47,897 nucleotides of DNA from an uncultured Mycoplasmatota bacterium (GTDB lineage Bacteria > Bacillota_I > Bacilli_A > RF39 > UBA660). Shown one piece after another: positions 6,932 to 15,829 of the stretch (position 1 is the stretch's first letter; the number at the start of each line of letters is the position of its first letter). The notes under the pieces were generated by a model. It was not told where the DNA came from. It ran no database searches and saw nothing but the letters and a program-made list of their open reading frames with translations. The position numbers and the translations under genes were made by a program. Location of the stretch: contig UWSL01000001.1 of assembly GCA_900552975.1 (NCBI GenBank), positions 1 to 47,897 of the forward strand, written 5' to 3'.

Positions 6932-7815
6932 TCTTTCTTATTTCTTGGATGATACGTATAATCATCCTTTAATTTTTCATTAACCAAGTGGGCATATATT
7001 TGCGTGGTTGCAATATCCTCATGTCCCAATAATTCCTGAATAATACGTAAGTCTGCACCATGTTTTAGCAAATGAGTTGCAAAGGAATGCCTCAAAACAT
7101 GTGGTGAAACATTTTTCTTAATACCACTTCTTTGGCATTCTTTTTTGATTATTTTAAAAAAAGCTTGCCGACTAATATTTTTATATAAATTACTAATAAA
7201 TAAATAGTCTGATACATGCTGATGTAATATCAAAGGACGATACTTATTAATATAAAGTTGTAAATATTTTAAAGCAACATCACCAAAAGGAACAATCCTT
7301 TCTTTATTACCCTTGCCCATAACCCTAACAAAACAATTAACCAAATCTACATCTGTAACTTTTAAATTACATAATTCGCTTATTCTAAGTCCTGTTGCAT
7401 AAAGTAACTCCAGCATTGCCTTATTACGATAATCATAAGGCGTAATTAGTCGTATATCCAACAGCAAATTCACTTCATCTTCTGTTAAATAATTTGGTAA
7501 TTTTTGCGGAATTTTAGGTAAAACAATATTTAAACAAGGTGTTGTTGTTATAAATTCTTCACGAAGTAAAAAATTATAAAAAGAACTCACAACTGTTATA
7601 TGATGAGCCAACGATCTAGCACTTAATTTATCAAAAGATGCAAAATATTTAACTAATTGGTCATAAGTAACACTTAACAAATCACCATTAAAATAAATAT
7701 CTAAATCTTTTAAATCATTATTATAACTAAGGACTGTATTATCACTAAGTTTTCTTTCAAACATTAAATAGTTAAAATATTTTTTAATATACTCACTTGG
7801 AATATACTCATCCAT
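6928..7815 (-). CDS. xerD: Tyrosine site-specific recombinase, XerD/XerC family
   Basis: 295 aa. Catalytic regions are readable: ATGLRISELCNL (Arg I), HVLRHSFATHLL (H-x-x-R) and LLGHEDIATTQIYAHL (catalytic Tyr). XerC and XerD cannot be separated by eye. Confidence 0.8.
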   Translation of the reverse strand: MDEYIPSEYIKKYFNYLMFERKLSDNTVLSYNNDLKDLDIYFNGDLLSVTYDQLVKYFASFDKLSARSLAHHITVVSSFYNFLLREEFITTTPCLNIVLPKIPQKLPNYLTEDEVNLLLDIRLITPYDYRNKAMLELLYATGLRISELCNLKVTDVDLVNCFVRVMGKGNKERIVPFGDVALKYLQLYINKYRPLILHQHVSDYLFISNLYKNISRQAFFKIIKKECQRSGIKKNVSPHVLRHSFATHLLKHGADLRIIQELLGHEDIATTQIYAHLVNEKLKDDYTYHPRNKKE

Positions 7816-7963
7816 CTAGCATCACCATACTATATAAATTATATAAAAAATATCCTAAAAAGTAAAATAAAAATAACAAAATTATCAATCTTTATGCGTA
7901 ATCAATAAATTACTTTTTTACCACAATATTAAATAATTTGTTATAATTAAGAAAGGTGAAATT

Positions 7964-9163
7964 ATGGAAGTATTAGCAGATAAGTTAAGACCTCAAAATA
8001 TTGATGAAATAATTGGTCAGCAACACCTAGTAGGTGAAAATAAAGTTATTCGTAACTTAGTAGAAAATAATCATTTAGTCAGCATGATTTTATATGGCAA
8101 ACCTGGGATTGGTAAAACGAGTATCGCTAATGCTATATGTAATCAAATCAATAAACCTTTTCGTATGTTAAATGCTACAATTAACAATAAGCAAGATTTT
8201 GATATCGTTATTGAGGAAGCTAAAATGTATGGTGAAATTGTTATTATTATGGATGAAATACATCGTTTAAATAAAGACAAACAAGATTTACTTCTACCAT
8301 ATATTGAAAGCGGCTTAGTAATTTTAATTGGAATGACAACCTCAAATCCTTATCACAAAATAAATCCTGCTATTCGTAGTCGTTGTCAAATCTTTGAACT
8401 AAAGGAGTTAACTTCCGATGATATCATGGTTGGACTTACAAGAGCATGTCAATATCTTAACGGAATAAAATTAGATGAAGATGCAAAAAAAGCAATTGCT
8501 AAATTATCATCAGGTGATTTAAGAAATGCTCTTAATTTACTAGATGTTGCTTATTATAGTACTAAAGATAAACATGTCACTTTAGATACAATTCAAGCAA
8601 TCAATGCCAAAGCCGTTTTTTTTAGTGATTCAAATGAAGACGGCCACTACGATTGTCTTTCTGGTTTACAAAAATCCATTCGTGGTTCTGATGTTAATGC
8701 CTCTCTTCATTACTTAGCTCGTTTAATTGAAGAAGGTGATCTTGATAGTATTTATCGTCGCCTAAGTGTCATTGTCTACGAAGATATCGGCCTTGCTAAT
8801 CCGGCTATGGGACCAAAAGTAATGGCTGCCATAAATGCTGCCGAATTAGTAGGACTCCCAGAAGCTCGTATACCTCTCGGTACTGTTGTCGTCGAAATGG
8901 CTTTGAGTCCTAAAAGTAATAGTGCTCATGTCGCTTTAGATACTGCCCTAGAAGATATCGAAAATGGTAACACAGGAAATTTACCAAATCACATTAAAAC
9001 TAATAGTCCTCTTTATAAATATCCTCATGACTATCCTAATTCTTGGGTAAAACAACAATATCTTCCAGATAATATTAAAAATCGAATTTACTATCATCCA
9101 CGTAATAATAAATACGAGATGAATTTAAATAAACTACATAAAGAAATGAAAGGTGAAAAATAA
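7964..9163 (+). CDS. rarA: Replication-associated recombination protein A (AAA+ ATPase)
   Basis: 399 aa with Walker A GKPGIGKTS, Walker B IIMDEIHR and the C-terminal MgsA-type region (HYDCLSGLQKSIRGSD). Confidence 0.85.
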   Translation: MEVLADKLRPQNIDEIIGQQHLVGENKVIRNLVENNHLVSMILYGKPGIGKTSIANAICNQINKPFRMLNATINNKQDFDIVIEEAKMYGEIVIIMDEIHRLNKDKQDLLLPYIESGLVILIGMTTSNPYHKINPAIRSRCQIFELKELTSDDIMVGLTRACQYLNGIKLDEDAKKAIAKLSSGDLRNALNLLDVAYYSTKDKHVTLDTIQAINAKAVFFSDSNEDGHYDCLSGLQKSIRGSDVNASLHYLARLIEEGDLDSIYRRLSVIVYEDIGLANPAMGPKVMAAINAAELVGLPEARIPLGTVVVEMALSPKSNSAHVALDTALEDIENGNTGNLPNHIKTNSPLYKYPHDYPNSWVKQQYLPDNIKNRIYYHPRNNKYEMNLNKLHKEMKGEK

Positions 9164-10140
9164 TGAAAATAGCATTAATTGGAACAGGAGTTTATGGAAT
9201 GTCTATGGCTCTAATGTTAAATAAAAATGAAAAAAATATAATAATGTGGTCTGAATCACAAGAAAGATATAAAAAATATTTAGAAGATGGCTGTATCAAG
9301 GATATTATTCCAGGTATTAGTGCCCCTAAAAACATAAAACTAACTTGCTCATATGAAGAAGCAACTAAAGATGCTGATGTCGTTTTTATCATTTCTACAG
9401 CTGCCTTCGTTAGTTCAATCTGTAATGAAATAAATCAATATATAAATAAAGATACCGTTATATGCATTGCCTCTAAAGGTATCGAAAATCATAGTTGTCG
9501 TTTCTTAAGTGATATTGCTTATCAAACCTTAAAGACGAAAAATATCGCTGTCATATCAGGTCCATCATTTGCTATAGACATGGTCAATAATAATCCTATT
9601 GGTCTTTCTATTGCTTCCAAAGAAGAAAAAGCTATTAATACTATCAAAAAAGTTTTAGAAAGTGATACCATAAAATTAAGAGAAACTGATGATTTAATTG
9701 GTATTCAAATATGTGGTAGTATCAAAAATGTTATAGCGGTTGCCTCAGGCATACTAAATGGATTAAATTATCCAGAGTCAACCCAATGTTTCTTAATTAC
9801 TGAAGCTTTAAACGATATAAAGAATTTAATAGCCGCTTTAGGAGGAAATGCTAAAACAATCAATTCTTTTGCTGGCGTTGGTGATCTTATCCTGACCTGC
9901 ACATCTACTAAAAGTAGAAATTATAGCTTTGGAAAATTTGTTGGACAAGGTGCTACTAAAGAAGAAAAAAAAGTCTATTTGCAAGAACATACAGTCGAAG
10001 GTTACTATACTTTAAAAAGCATCTATAAACTTGTACAAACTCAAAATATTGAAATGCCCATCATTGATTTAATTTATAAAATAATAATCAATGATGAAAA
10101 TCCTCAAGAATTAATAACTTTTTTAATCAATAAAAAATAA
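9163..10140 (+). CDS. gpsA: NAD(P)H-dependent glycerol-3-phosphate dehydrogenase
   Basis: 325 aa with an N-terminal Rossmann motif (IALIGTGVYG) and GSIKNVIAVASG. The start overlaps the rarA stop. Confidence 0.85.
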   Translation: MKIALIGTGVYGMSMALMLNKNEKNIIMWSESQERYKKYLEDGCIKDIIPGISAPKNIKLTCSYEEATKDADVVFIISTAAFVSSICNEINQYINKDTVICIASKGIENHSCRFLSDIAYQTLKTKNIAVISGPSFAIDMVNNNPIGLSIASKEEKAINTIKKVLESDTIKLRETDDLIGIQICGSIKNVIAVASGILNGLNYPESTQCFLITEALNDIKNLIAALGGNAKTINSFAGVGDLILTCTSTKSRNYSFGKFVGQGATKEEKKVYLQEHTVEGYYTLKSIYKLVQTQNIEMPIIDLIYKIIINDENPQELITFLINKK

Positions 10141-10183
10141 GATTATGATTAGCAACTTGCTAATTCCATAATCTTATTTTTTT
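10139..10183. terminator. Bidirectional Rho-independent terminator
   Basis: A long nested hairpin aagattatg-attagcaa-c-ttgctaat-tc-cataatctt with a T run after it and an A-rich run before it. Confidence 0.65.
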
Positions 10184-10195
10184 ATCTATCATAAA

Positions 10196-10405
10196 TTACT
10201 TCTCTTCCTCAGTATTATCATCTTTTGCAATTTCCAAATAATTATCTATAATTTTTTTTATTTCATCTTTTTCTTCATCTGTCTTAGCATTTGAAAGTAA
10301 AAAATCTAAATATGTTGTTCTTTCACAAAATGTTAAATCAGGATTCATAAGAGTACTTTCTTTTAATACCTCAGAAACATTTTCTAATTCTTCTTTTTCC
10401 TCCAT
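10196..10405 (-). CDS. Small acidic hypothetical protein
   Basis: 69-aa Glu/Asp-rich ORF 5 nt downstream of tcdA. Confidence 0.45.
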   Translation of the reverse strand: MEEKEELENVSEVLKESTLMNPDLTFCERTTYLDFLLSNAKTDEEKDEIKKIIDNYLEIAKDDNTEEEK

Positions 10406-10410
10406 TTAAA

Positions 10411-11097
10411 TCACTTCCTATACTTTATTATATCATTAAATACATAACTTGCTAAACATAAACCAGCAGTATTTGGTACAAAGCAAGTTGAACCAGGTGT
10501 TCTCTGATGCGTTTTTATGGGAATTTCTGTTGAAGTAACAACAGGTAATTTATAAGATATTTTATTGTCTCTAAGTAACTTTCTCATAACTTTAGCCAAA
10601 GGATCATAATTAGTCTGCCATACATTACTTATAACAACTTTTGTTGGATCTAAACGATTACCAGTTCCCATCGCACTAATTATCTTTATTTTATACTCTA
10701 AAGCTTTTTTTATCAATAATAATTTAGTAGCAACTGTATCACAACAATCTATAATATAATCAAAATCAGCAAAATTCTTTATTTGATCAAAATTAGCCTC
10801 ACTCAAGAACATTTTATATTCTGTAACATAAATATTAGGATTAATACTTAAAGCTCTTAAATAAGCCTCAGATGCCTTAAAATTACCTATATTATTAGCA
10901 TTAGATAAAAGTTGCCTATTTAAATTAGAATTATCAAAACAATCTCCATCTATTACCGTAATATTGTTAAAACCAGATCTAACTAATGCCTCAAAACAAG
11001 CACCACCAACCCCACCGACTCCGACTATTAAAATAGCTTTTGTTCCAATATATGTTAAATCATCTTCGCTAATTAATAACTTTAATCGATCAAACAT
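10411..11097 (-). CDS. tcdA: tRNA threonylcarbamoyladenosine dehydratase (ThiF/E1-like; YrvM homologue)
   Basis: 228 aa with the nucleotide-binding loop VGVGGVGG and a D..D..NLNRQ motif. It has its own TGTTATAAT extended -10 at 11115-11123 (minus). Confidence 0.75.
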   Translation of the reverse strand: MFDRLKLLISEDDLTYIGTKAILIVGVGGVGGACFEALVRSGFNNITVIDGDCFDNSNLNRQLLSNANNIGNFKASEAYLRALSINPNIYVTEYKMFLSEANFDQIKNFADFDYIIDCCDTVATKLLLIKKALEYKIKIISAMGTGNRLDPTKVVISNVWQTNYDPLAKVMRKLLRDNKISYKLPVVTSTEIPIKTHQRTPGSTCFVPNTAGLCLASYVFNDIIKYRK

Positions 11098-11139
11098 AAA
11101 AAATCACCATTCAAATTATAACATAAATAAAAAAAGGAA

Positions 11140-11171
11140 CAAATAAAAAAGTATAACATTTATTATACTTT
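11140..11171 (-). terminator. Terminator of the candidate 6S RNA transcript
   Basis: On the minus strand, AAAGUAUAA-UAAAUG-UUAUACUUU followed by UUUUUUAUUU. Confidence 0.55.
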
Positions 11172-11182
11172 ATCAGAAAATT

Positions 11183-11358
11183 AATACTCAAGTAAGTACT
11201 TGTTGTGATAAAAAACCTGCACCAGACAGGTGGGCATCACATGATTCATTTTAGGATCCCTACACTTTAAAAGCAAGGTCTTCAACACCATGAATCAATT
11301 AGATTCCCGTATAATCACTTACTCGGTTTTTATATTACAAATACTTTAACTTGAGTAA
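11183..11358 (-). ncRNA. ssrS: 6S RNA candidate
   Basis: An independent unit between two terminators, with a TGCTATAAT extended -10 (11363-11371, minus). Hand folding gives a ~19-bp closing helix: 11349-11357 with 11185-11193, then AAGUA/UACUU and UUUGU/ACAAG. An AAAAACC/GGUUUUU helix follows. A large central bubble carries a CACC/GGUG mini-hairpin on its 3' side. The terminal helix is 8 bp, UGAUUCAU/AUGAAUCA. Its position directly upstream of the yrvM homologue matches the B. subtilis bsrA (6S-1) locus as I recall it. Confidence 0.6.
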
Positions 11359-11371
11359 CTAAATTATAGCA

Positions 11372-11403
11372 TAAAAAAACAAATAGTACTACTCTATTTG
11401 CTT
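11372..11403 (-). terminator. Terminator after the HerA-like gene
   Basis: caaatag-tactact-ctatttg hairpin (11380-11400) flanked by A and T runs. Confidence 0.55.
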
Positions 11404-11424
11404 TTTTTACATTAATTATGTAAA

Positions 11425-13383
11425 CTATTGTGCTAATGGTGGCATAATAGTTGGTTTAATTGTACTATTATTGGCAGGTTGATTAGTCACAACTCCAAAC
11501 ATTGCAGGATTAGCATTTGGATTAACTCCAGAACTTACTACCCCAGTTCCTCCATTAGTACCATTACCTTCATTATTATTAGAAACACTAGGAGCCGCAC
11601 TAACTCCTTGAATACGCCAACAATTATTAACATCACAAGAATTCGAATTAGGTGCTGGATTAGGCATTTCCATTTTTATAACCATTGGTAATTTAAATGC
11701 CCCACCAAATCCAACACAGTTACCTGGTTGTAATATTTTTTGTTTTTCAATAACATCAGCCGAAATATTAGGTAACATTGTCCTAATATATTCAATATCT
11801 CTTGGATGGGTCATTTTAAAAATCAAGAAATTACTACATTGTGCAATAACTGTTTCACTAATTTCAACAGGTCTTTGGGAAATAATATTAAGCAGAACTC
11901 CATATTTACGACCTTCTTTAGCGATACGATCAAATATATTATAACCAATCAAGAAAACATCGGCATCTTTTTGAACGTATCTATGGGCTTCTTCCAAAAA
12001 TAAATGAAAAGGAACAGATGCTCTTTGCTTACGACCCTTGGCAAAATCAAAGAAAATTCTTGCCATAATTTTAACAATAATCTTTGCTTGAGTATCATCA
12101 ATATCTTCAAGATTAATATTAATTACTTGCGCTTTTCTCCCCTTATAAGCAACCAAGCTTGCTATGTAAGATTCCATAGAAATATAATTTTCTACACGAT
12201 ATACATTAGCAATGCGACTATTCATAATAGCTTCTAATCTTACCTTTAATAACATTGAATCATCATATAACTGTTGATTGTTTTGAAATCCTTCACTAAT
12301 TAAAGTAAATTCTAAAGCTTGAGAAAAATCTCTTATTGTATAAAAAGCATTAAGTGGTTCTTCAGTCATTTCTAAGTTTTCATCAACATGTTTTAAAATA
12401 TACTCGGTAATTAAAACAGATTCACCAAAATTACCATTACTATCAATTTCAAAACATTCTGATAATGTTCTTGTATACCCTAATCCTTGAATAGTACTAT
12501 CAAAATTAAAATCATTAGTATGACAAACTTCTAATACTTTAAAAATATCATTTTTCTTATTAGCTGTAATTTGGTTACTATATAAAATAGCAATTAATGC
12601 TTTGGCTATCAAGTGATTCTTATATTTTTCAGCAACCTCATCATCTTTGCTAAAGATTCTTGTTAGTTTTAAAGCACGTTCCAAAATAGGAATTTGACTA
12701 TGTTTATCACATTGTAACATAATTGTTAAATCATCTAAATTTAATAAATGAAAAGGTATATGCAATTCTGTATCATTTTCATCTTGTACATTAGTTGTAA
12801 TAAATTTATAACTATAATTAGGATTATAAGCATCTAATTTATTAAAAGCTGTTTTATATTCACCATAAGCATCAAAGATAAAAATATTAGCATTATATGA
12901 TACTAATTTAGGATTAGCAAAGATATTTTGAACAATTCTTGCTACACCACATGATTTACCAGAACCGGTATTTCCAAAAACAGCCATATGATTAGCAAAC
13001 AAATTATTTATATCAGCACATACTTCATATCCTTTATAAATTGAACTAGTTCCAACTTTAAAAGTTGTATCATCATAAGTTCCAACAATAGCTCTTAATT
13101 CATTATCATTAATAGTTCTGATAACACTTGACATAACAGGTTTTCTGATAACACCACTAACATATTTTCCATCATGAAATTCTCCTAAAAAGCGAATTTT
13201 TATAACTTGGTCATTAACTTCTTCGACTTCGCCTAATATCAATTGATCAGGTGCTTCAAAAACAACATGAACATTCATCAAATCGCCCATTTCTTCAGCT
13301 GAAGCAATTGACTCAACGTGTGCTGTATTCTCCGCAATAAACTTTATCTTTCCAAACATTCCAACACCTCTTCTATTATACAT
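11425..13383 (-). CDS. HerA-like (DUF87-type) P-loop ATPase with a low-complexity C-terminal tail
   Basis: 652 aa. It has an N-terminal barrel-like region (GKIKFIAENTAHVES...VIKIRFLGEF), Walker A FGNTGSGKS and Walker B PFHLFLEEAH. The last ~90 aa are rich in Asn/Gly/Pro/Ser (SNNNEGNGTNGGTGVVSSGVNPNANP). Confidence 0.65.
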   Translation of the reverse strand: MYNRRGVGMFGKIKFIAENTAHVESIASAEEMGDLMNVHVVFEAPDQLILGEVEEVNDQVIKIRFLGEFHDGKYVSGVIRKPVMSSVIRTINDNELRAIVGTYDDTTFKVGTSSIYKGYEVCADINNLFANHMAVFGNTGSGKSCGVARIVQNIFANPKLVSYNANIFIFDAYGEYKTAFNKLDAYNPNYSYKFITTNVQDENDTELHIPFHLLNLDDLTIMLQCDKHSQIPILERALKLTRIFSKDDEVAEKYKNHLIAKALIAILYSNQITANKKNDIFKVLEVCHTNDFNFDSTIQGLGYTRTLSECFEIDSNGNFGESVLITEYILKHVDENLEMTEEPLNAFYTIRDFSQALEFTLISEGFQNNQQLYDDSMLLKVRLEAIMNSRIANVYRVENYISMESYIASLVAYKGRKAQVININLEDIDDTQAKIIVKIMARIFFDFAKGRKQRASVPFHLFLEEAHRYVQKDADVFLIGYNIFDRIAKEGRKYGVLLNIISQRPVEISETVIAQCSNFLIFKMTHPRDIEYIRTMLPNISADVIEKQKILQPGNCVGFGGAFKLPMVIKMEMPNPAPNSNSCDVNNCWRIQGVSAAPSVSNNNEGNGTNGGTGVVSSGVNPNANPAMFGVVTNQPANNSTIKPTIMPPLAQ

Positions 13384-13439
13384 AATATTATCTTATCACA
13401 AATCAATCAATAATTAAATCCTAATTATTTTTAATTTCA

Positions 13440-13460
13440 CAAAAAAACTCCCGTAGGAGT
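13440..13460 (-). terminator. Terminator after the 284-aa gene
   Basis: On the minus strand, ACUCC-UACG-GGAGU followed by U7. Confidence 0.5.
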
Positions 13461-13467
13461 CTTACGC

Positions 13468-14322
13468 TTATAAAGTCTTCTTTTGTTGTTTCTTTAAATA
13501 ATTTAAATGTTTTTGATAATGAAAATTATTTTGATAAATCAAACCACTTTCACTATCATATATAGCCCCATATTCATCAATATAATTTTCTAATGGTTGC
13601 TTAACTTTTGTTTCATCAAAAACACGAATTTTTTCATTAAAATCAAGTGTTGTATAATTAGGTATTTCCCCTTCACTCAAAGCCTTAAAATATTGTTCTG
13701 GACTAAAATAATCTGGATTAGCAACCTCTCTATAGCATCCACATTCCATTAAAAGATTTTCCTTAGAAATAGTTGCTTCATTTAATGGAACATCTTGATC
13801 TTTAAAACGTTCTGCCATAGTTATAAGGGCTAAACTAGCTTTTCTCCCCATTCCTGATGCATAAATATTAATACAACCAGAATGATAACCTAAAAGATAA
13901 CGATAATCTTTTTTTATTTCCTCTAAAATTAGTTTATTTTCTAAAGATAAACCATCTATTTTTAATTCAATCCACGCATTTGTATCCATTGGATCACTAC
14001 ACATAAAAGTATAAATATTTTTATCCCATAAAATTTGACAAGCTTTAAGACATTCACGAATAACATATTGTTCTGGATTTTCTTCCACCATTTGTTGAGA
14101 AACACGAGGCTCTCCTTTATACTTTTTACTAACTAATGTCCTTTTACCAGCAAGAACTCCAGCTGTATAACGTACTTTTTCAATCAAATTATTTTTTAAT
14201 ATCGAAACATAACTTTTAATATAATTTTTTAAACTTGGATCTTCTTGCAAAGCCATTTCTAAGCGTATTCTATCAAAATCATTCATATTTATTTCCCCCT
14301 CTGCTAAAAATATAACAAACAT
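13468..14322 (-). CDS. Hypothetical protein
   Basis: 284-aa ORF with no motif I recognise. It is a monocistronic unit flanked by terminators. The start may be the internal Met (MNDFDRIRLE...). Confidence 0.5.
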   Translation of the reverse strand: MFVIFLAEGEINMNDFDRIRLEMALQEDPSLKNYIKSYVSILKNNLIEKVRYTAGVLAGKRTLVSKKYKGEPRVSQQMVEENPEQYVIRECLKACQILWDKNIYTFMCSDPMDTNAWIELKIDGLSLENKLILEEIKKDYRYLLGYHSGCINIYASGMGRKASLALITMAERFKDQDVPLNEATISKENLLMECGCYREVANPDYFSPEQYFKALSEGEIPNYTTLDFNEKIRVFDETKVKQPLENYIDEYGAIYDSESGLIYQNNFHYQKHLNYLKKQQKKTL

Positions 14323-14344
14323 AGCTTATTTTGGCAAATTTTCA

Positions 14345-14371
14345 TCAAAAAAGCAGTACCCTAATACTGCT
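14345..14371 (-). terminator. Terminator after gatB
   Basis: agcagta-ccctaa-tactgct hairpin. On the minus strand it is followed by U6. Confidence 0.55.
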
Positions 14372-14374
14372 ATT

Positions 14375-15829
14375 TTATCTTTTATCTAATTCACGATGCA
14401 AAATTTCTTTAGTTAAAACCGGATTAGCTTTACCACGAGTACTTTTCATAACTTGACCAACAAAGTAATCAAACAAATTATCTTTACCAGCCTTATATTG
14501 TTCTATTTGAACTTGATTATTATCTAAAATTTCAGTAATAATACGTAATAATTCACCTTCATCACTAATCTGAGCATTCTCTTTACTAATATAATTTTTT
14601 GGCTCTTTTTGTTCTTCAATAGCCTTAAAGAAGATTTCTTTTGCTTGCTTTGAAGATAATAAACCTTTTCCCATTGCATCAGTAATTTGTTTTAACATTT
14701 CTGGTCGAATATATAATTCATCTATTGTAATATTTTGCTTATTTAATTCACCAACAACATTAACAGTTACCCAATTGGCAGCGACTTTGGCATCTATACC
14801 TAATTTAACACATTCTTCATAATAATCTGAAATATCTTTTTCTTTAACTAAGACTCCAGCATCATAAGCTGAAATACCTAAATTTTCAACATACTTTTTA
14901 CGTCTTTCTGGAGCAAGTTCCGGAATAGAAGCTCTAATTTCTTCAAGCCATTCTTGACTTATTTTATATCTTGGTATATTTGGTTCAACAAAATACTTGT
15001 AATCAATAGCATCAGCTTTACTACGCATTCTAATTGTTGTTCCAGATTCTTCATCCCAACGACGTGTTTCTTGCTCAACTTCTAAACCTTCATCTAAAAG
15101 CTCTGCTTGACGTTCAATCTCATAATTTATAGCATCCCTTACTCCACCAAAAGAGTTAACATTCTTAATTTCTGTTCTAGTTCCCCAATTAACAGGATCT
15201 TTTTCATCTAAAGAAGCATCCATCAAAGAAACATTGACATCACATCTAATTTGTCCTTTTTTACTATCTGCTTCACTAATTCCTGCATATTGATAAATAC
15301 TACGCATATGTTCCAAAAAAGCAACAGCTTCTGAAGCACTATGAATATCTGGTTTAGTTACCAATTCTAATAATGGAACTCCTGCTCTATTATAATCAAT
15401 ATTACTAGTTCTAAAGAAATGATCTAAAGAAGCAGCATCTTCCTCTAAATGAATGTTATCAATTCCTACTCTAAAAGTTGTATTATCATCGCGATAAACA
15501 TCAACATAACCACCCATACCTACACAATCTTCTGGTGGATTTTGCGTTATTTGATAATTCTTTGGCATATCTGGATAATAATAATTTTTTCTTTCAAAAT
15601 ACATATATTCTGGTTGACGACAATTCAAAATCAAAGAGGCCATTAATGATAAACGAACTGCTTCTTTATTCAAAACAGGTAACGTTCCTGGAAAGCCCAT
15701 ATCTAAAGGTCTAACGTTTGTATTAGGTGTACTTTTATAAGAATTCTCAGCTGCACTAAAAACTTTTGTCTTTGTTAAACTAACTTCGCAGTGCATTTCT
15801 AACCCAATTTTTGCTAAATACTTAGTCAT
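14375..15829 (-). CDS. gatB: Asp/Glu-tRNA(Asn/Gln) amidotransferase subunit B
   Basis: 484 aa with the typical N-terminus IGLEMHCE and a C-terminal YqeY-like tail (FDYFVGQVMKSTRGKANP). Confidence 0.9.
   Translation of the reverse strand: MTKYLAKIGLEMHCEVSLTKTKVFSAAENSYKSTPNTNVRPLDMGFPGTLPVLNKEAVRLSLMASLILNCRQPEYMYFERKNYYYPDMPKNYQITQNPPEDCVGMGGYVDVYRDDNTTFRVGIDNIHLEEDAASLDHFFRTSNIDYNRAGVPLLELVTKPDIHSASEAVAFLEHMRSIYQYAGISEADSKKGQIRCDVNVSLMDASLDEKDPVNWGTRTEIKNVNSFGGVRDAINYEIERQAELLDEGLEVEQETRRWDEESGTTIRMRSKADAIDYKYFVEPNIPRYKISQEWLEEIRASIPELAPERRKKYVENLGISAYDAGVLVKEKDISDYYEECVKLGIDAKVAANWVTVNVVGELNKQNITIDELYIRPEMLKQITDAMGKGLLSSKQAKEIFFKAIEEQKEPKNYISKENAQISDEGELLRIITEILDNNQVQIEQYKAGKDNLFDYFVGQVMKSTRGKANPVLTKEILHRELDKR

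Noticed and set aside
11211-11240. The CACCUGUCUGGUGCAGG hairpin followed by U6 (minus strand) could be the terminator of a riboswitch or attenuator leader for tcdA.
   Set aside because: A second, stronger terminator and a separate extended -10 promoter for tcdA lie downstream. The hairpin also fits better as the 3'-side element of a 6S RNA central bubble, with the U run paired to AAAAACC.
11425-14322. The HerA-like gene and its 284-aa neighbour as a known Sir2-HerA or DUF4297-HerA anti-phage system.
   Set aside because: I cannot find Sir2 (NAD-binding GAGxS-type) or PD-(D/E)xK nuclease motifs in the 284-aa protein. The two genes are separated by a terminator. The pair is kept only as an open question, not as a call.
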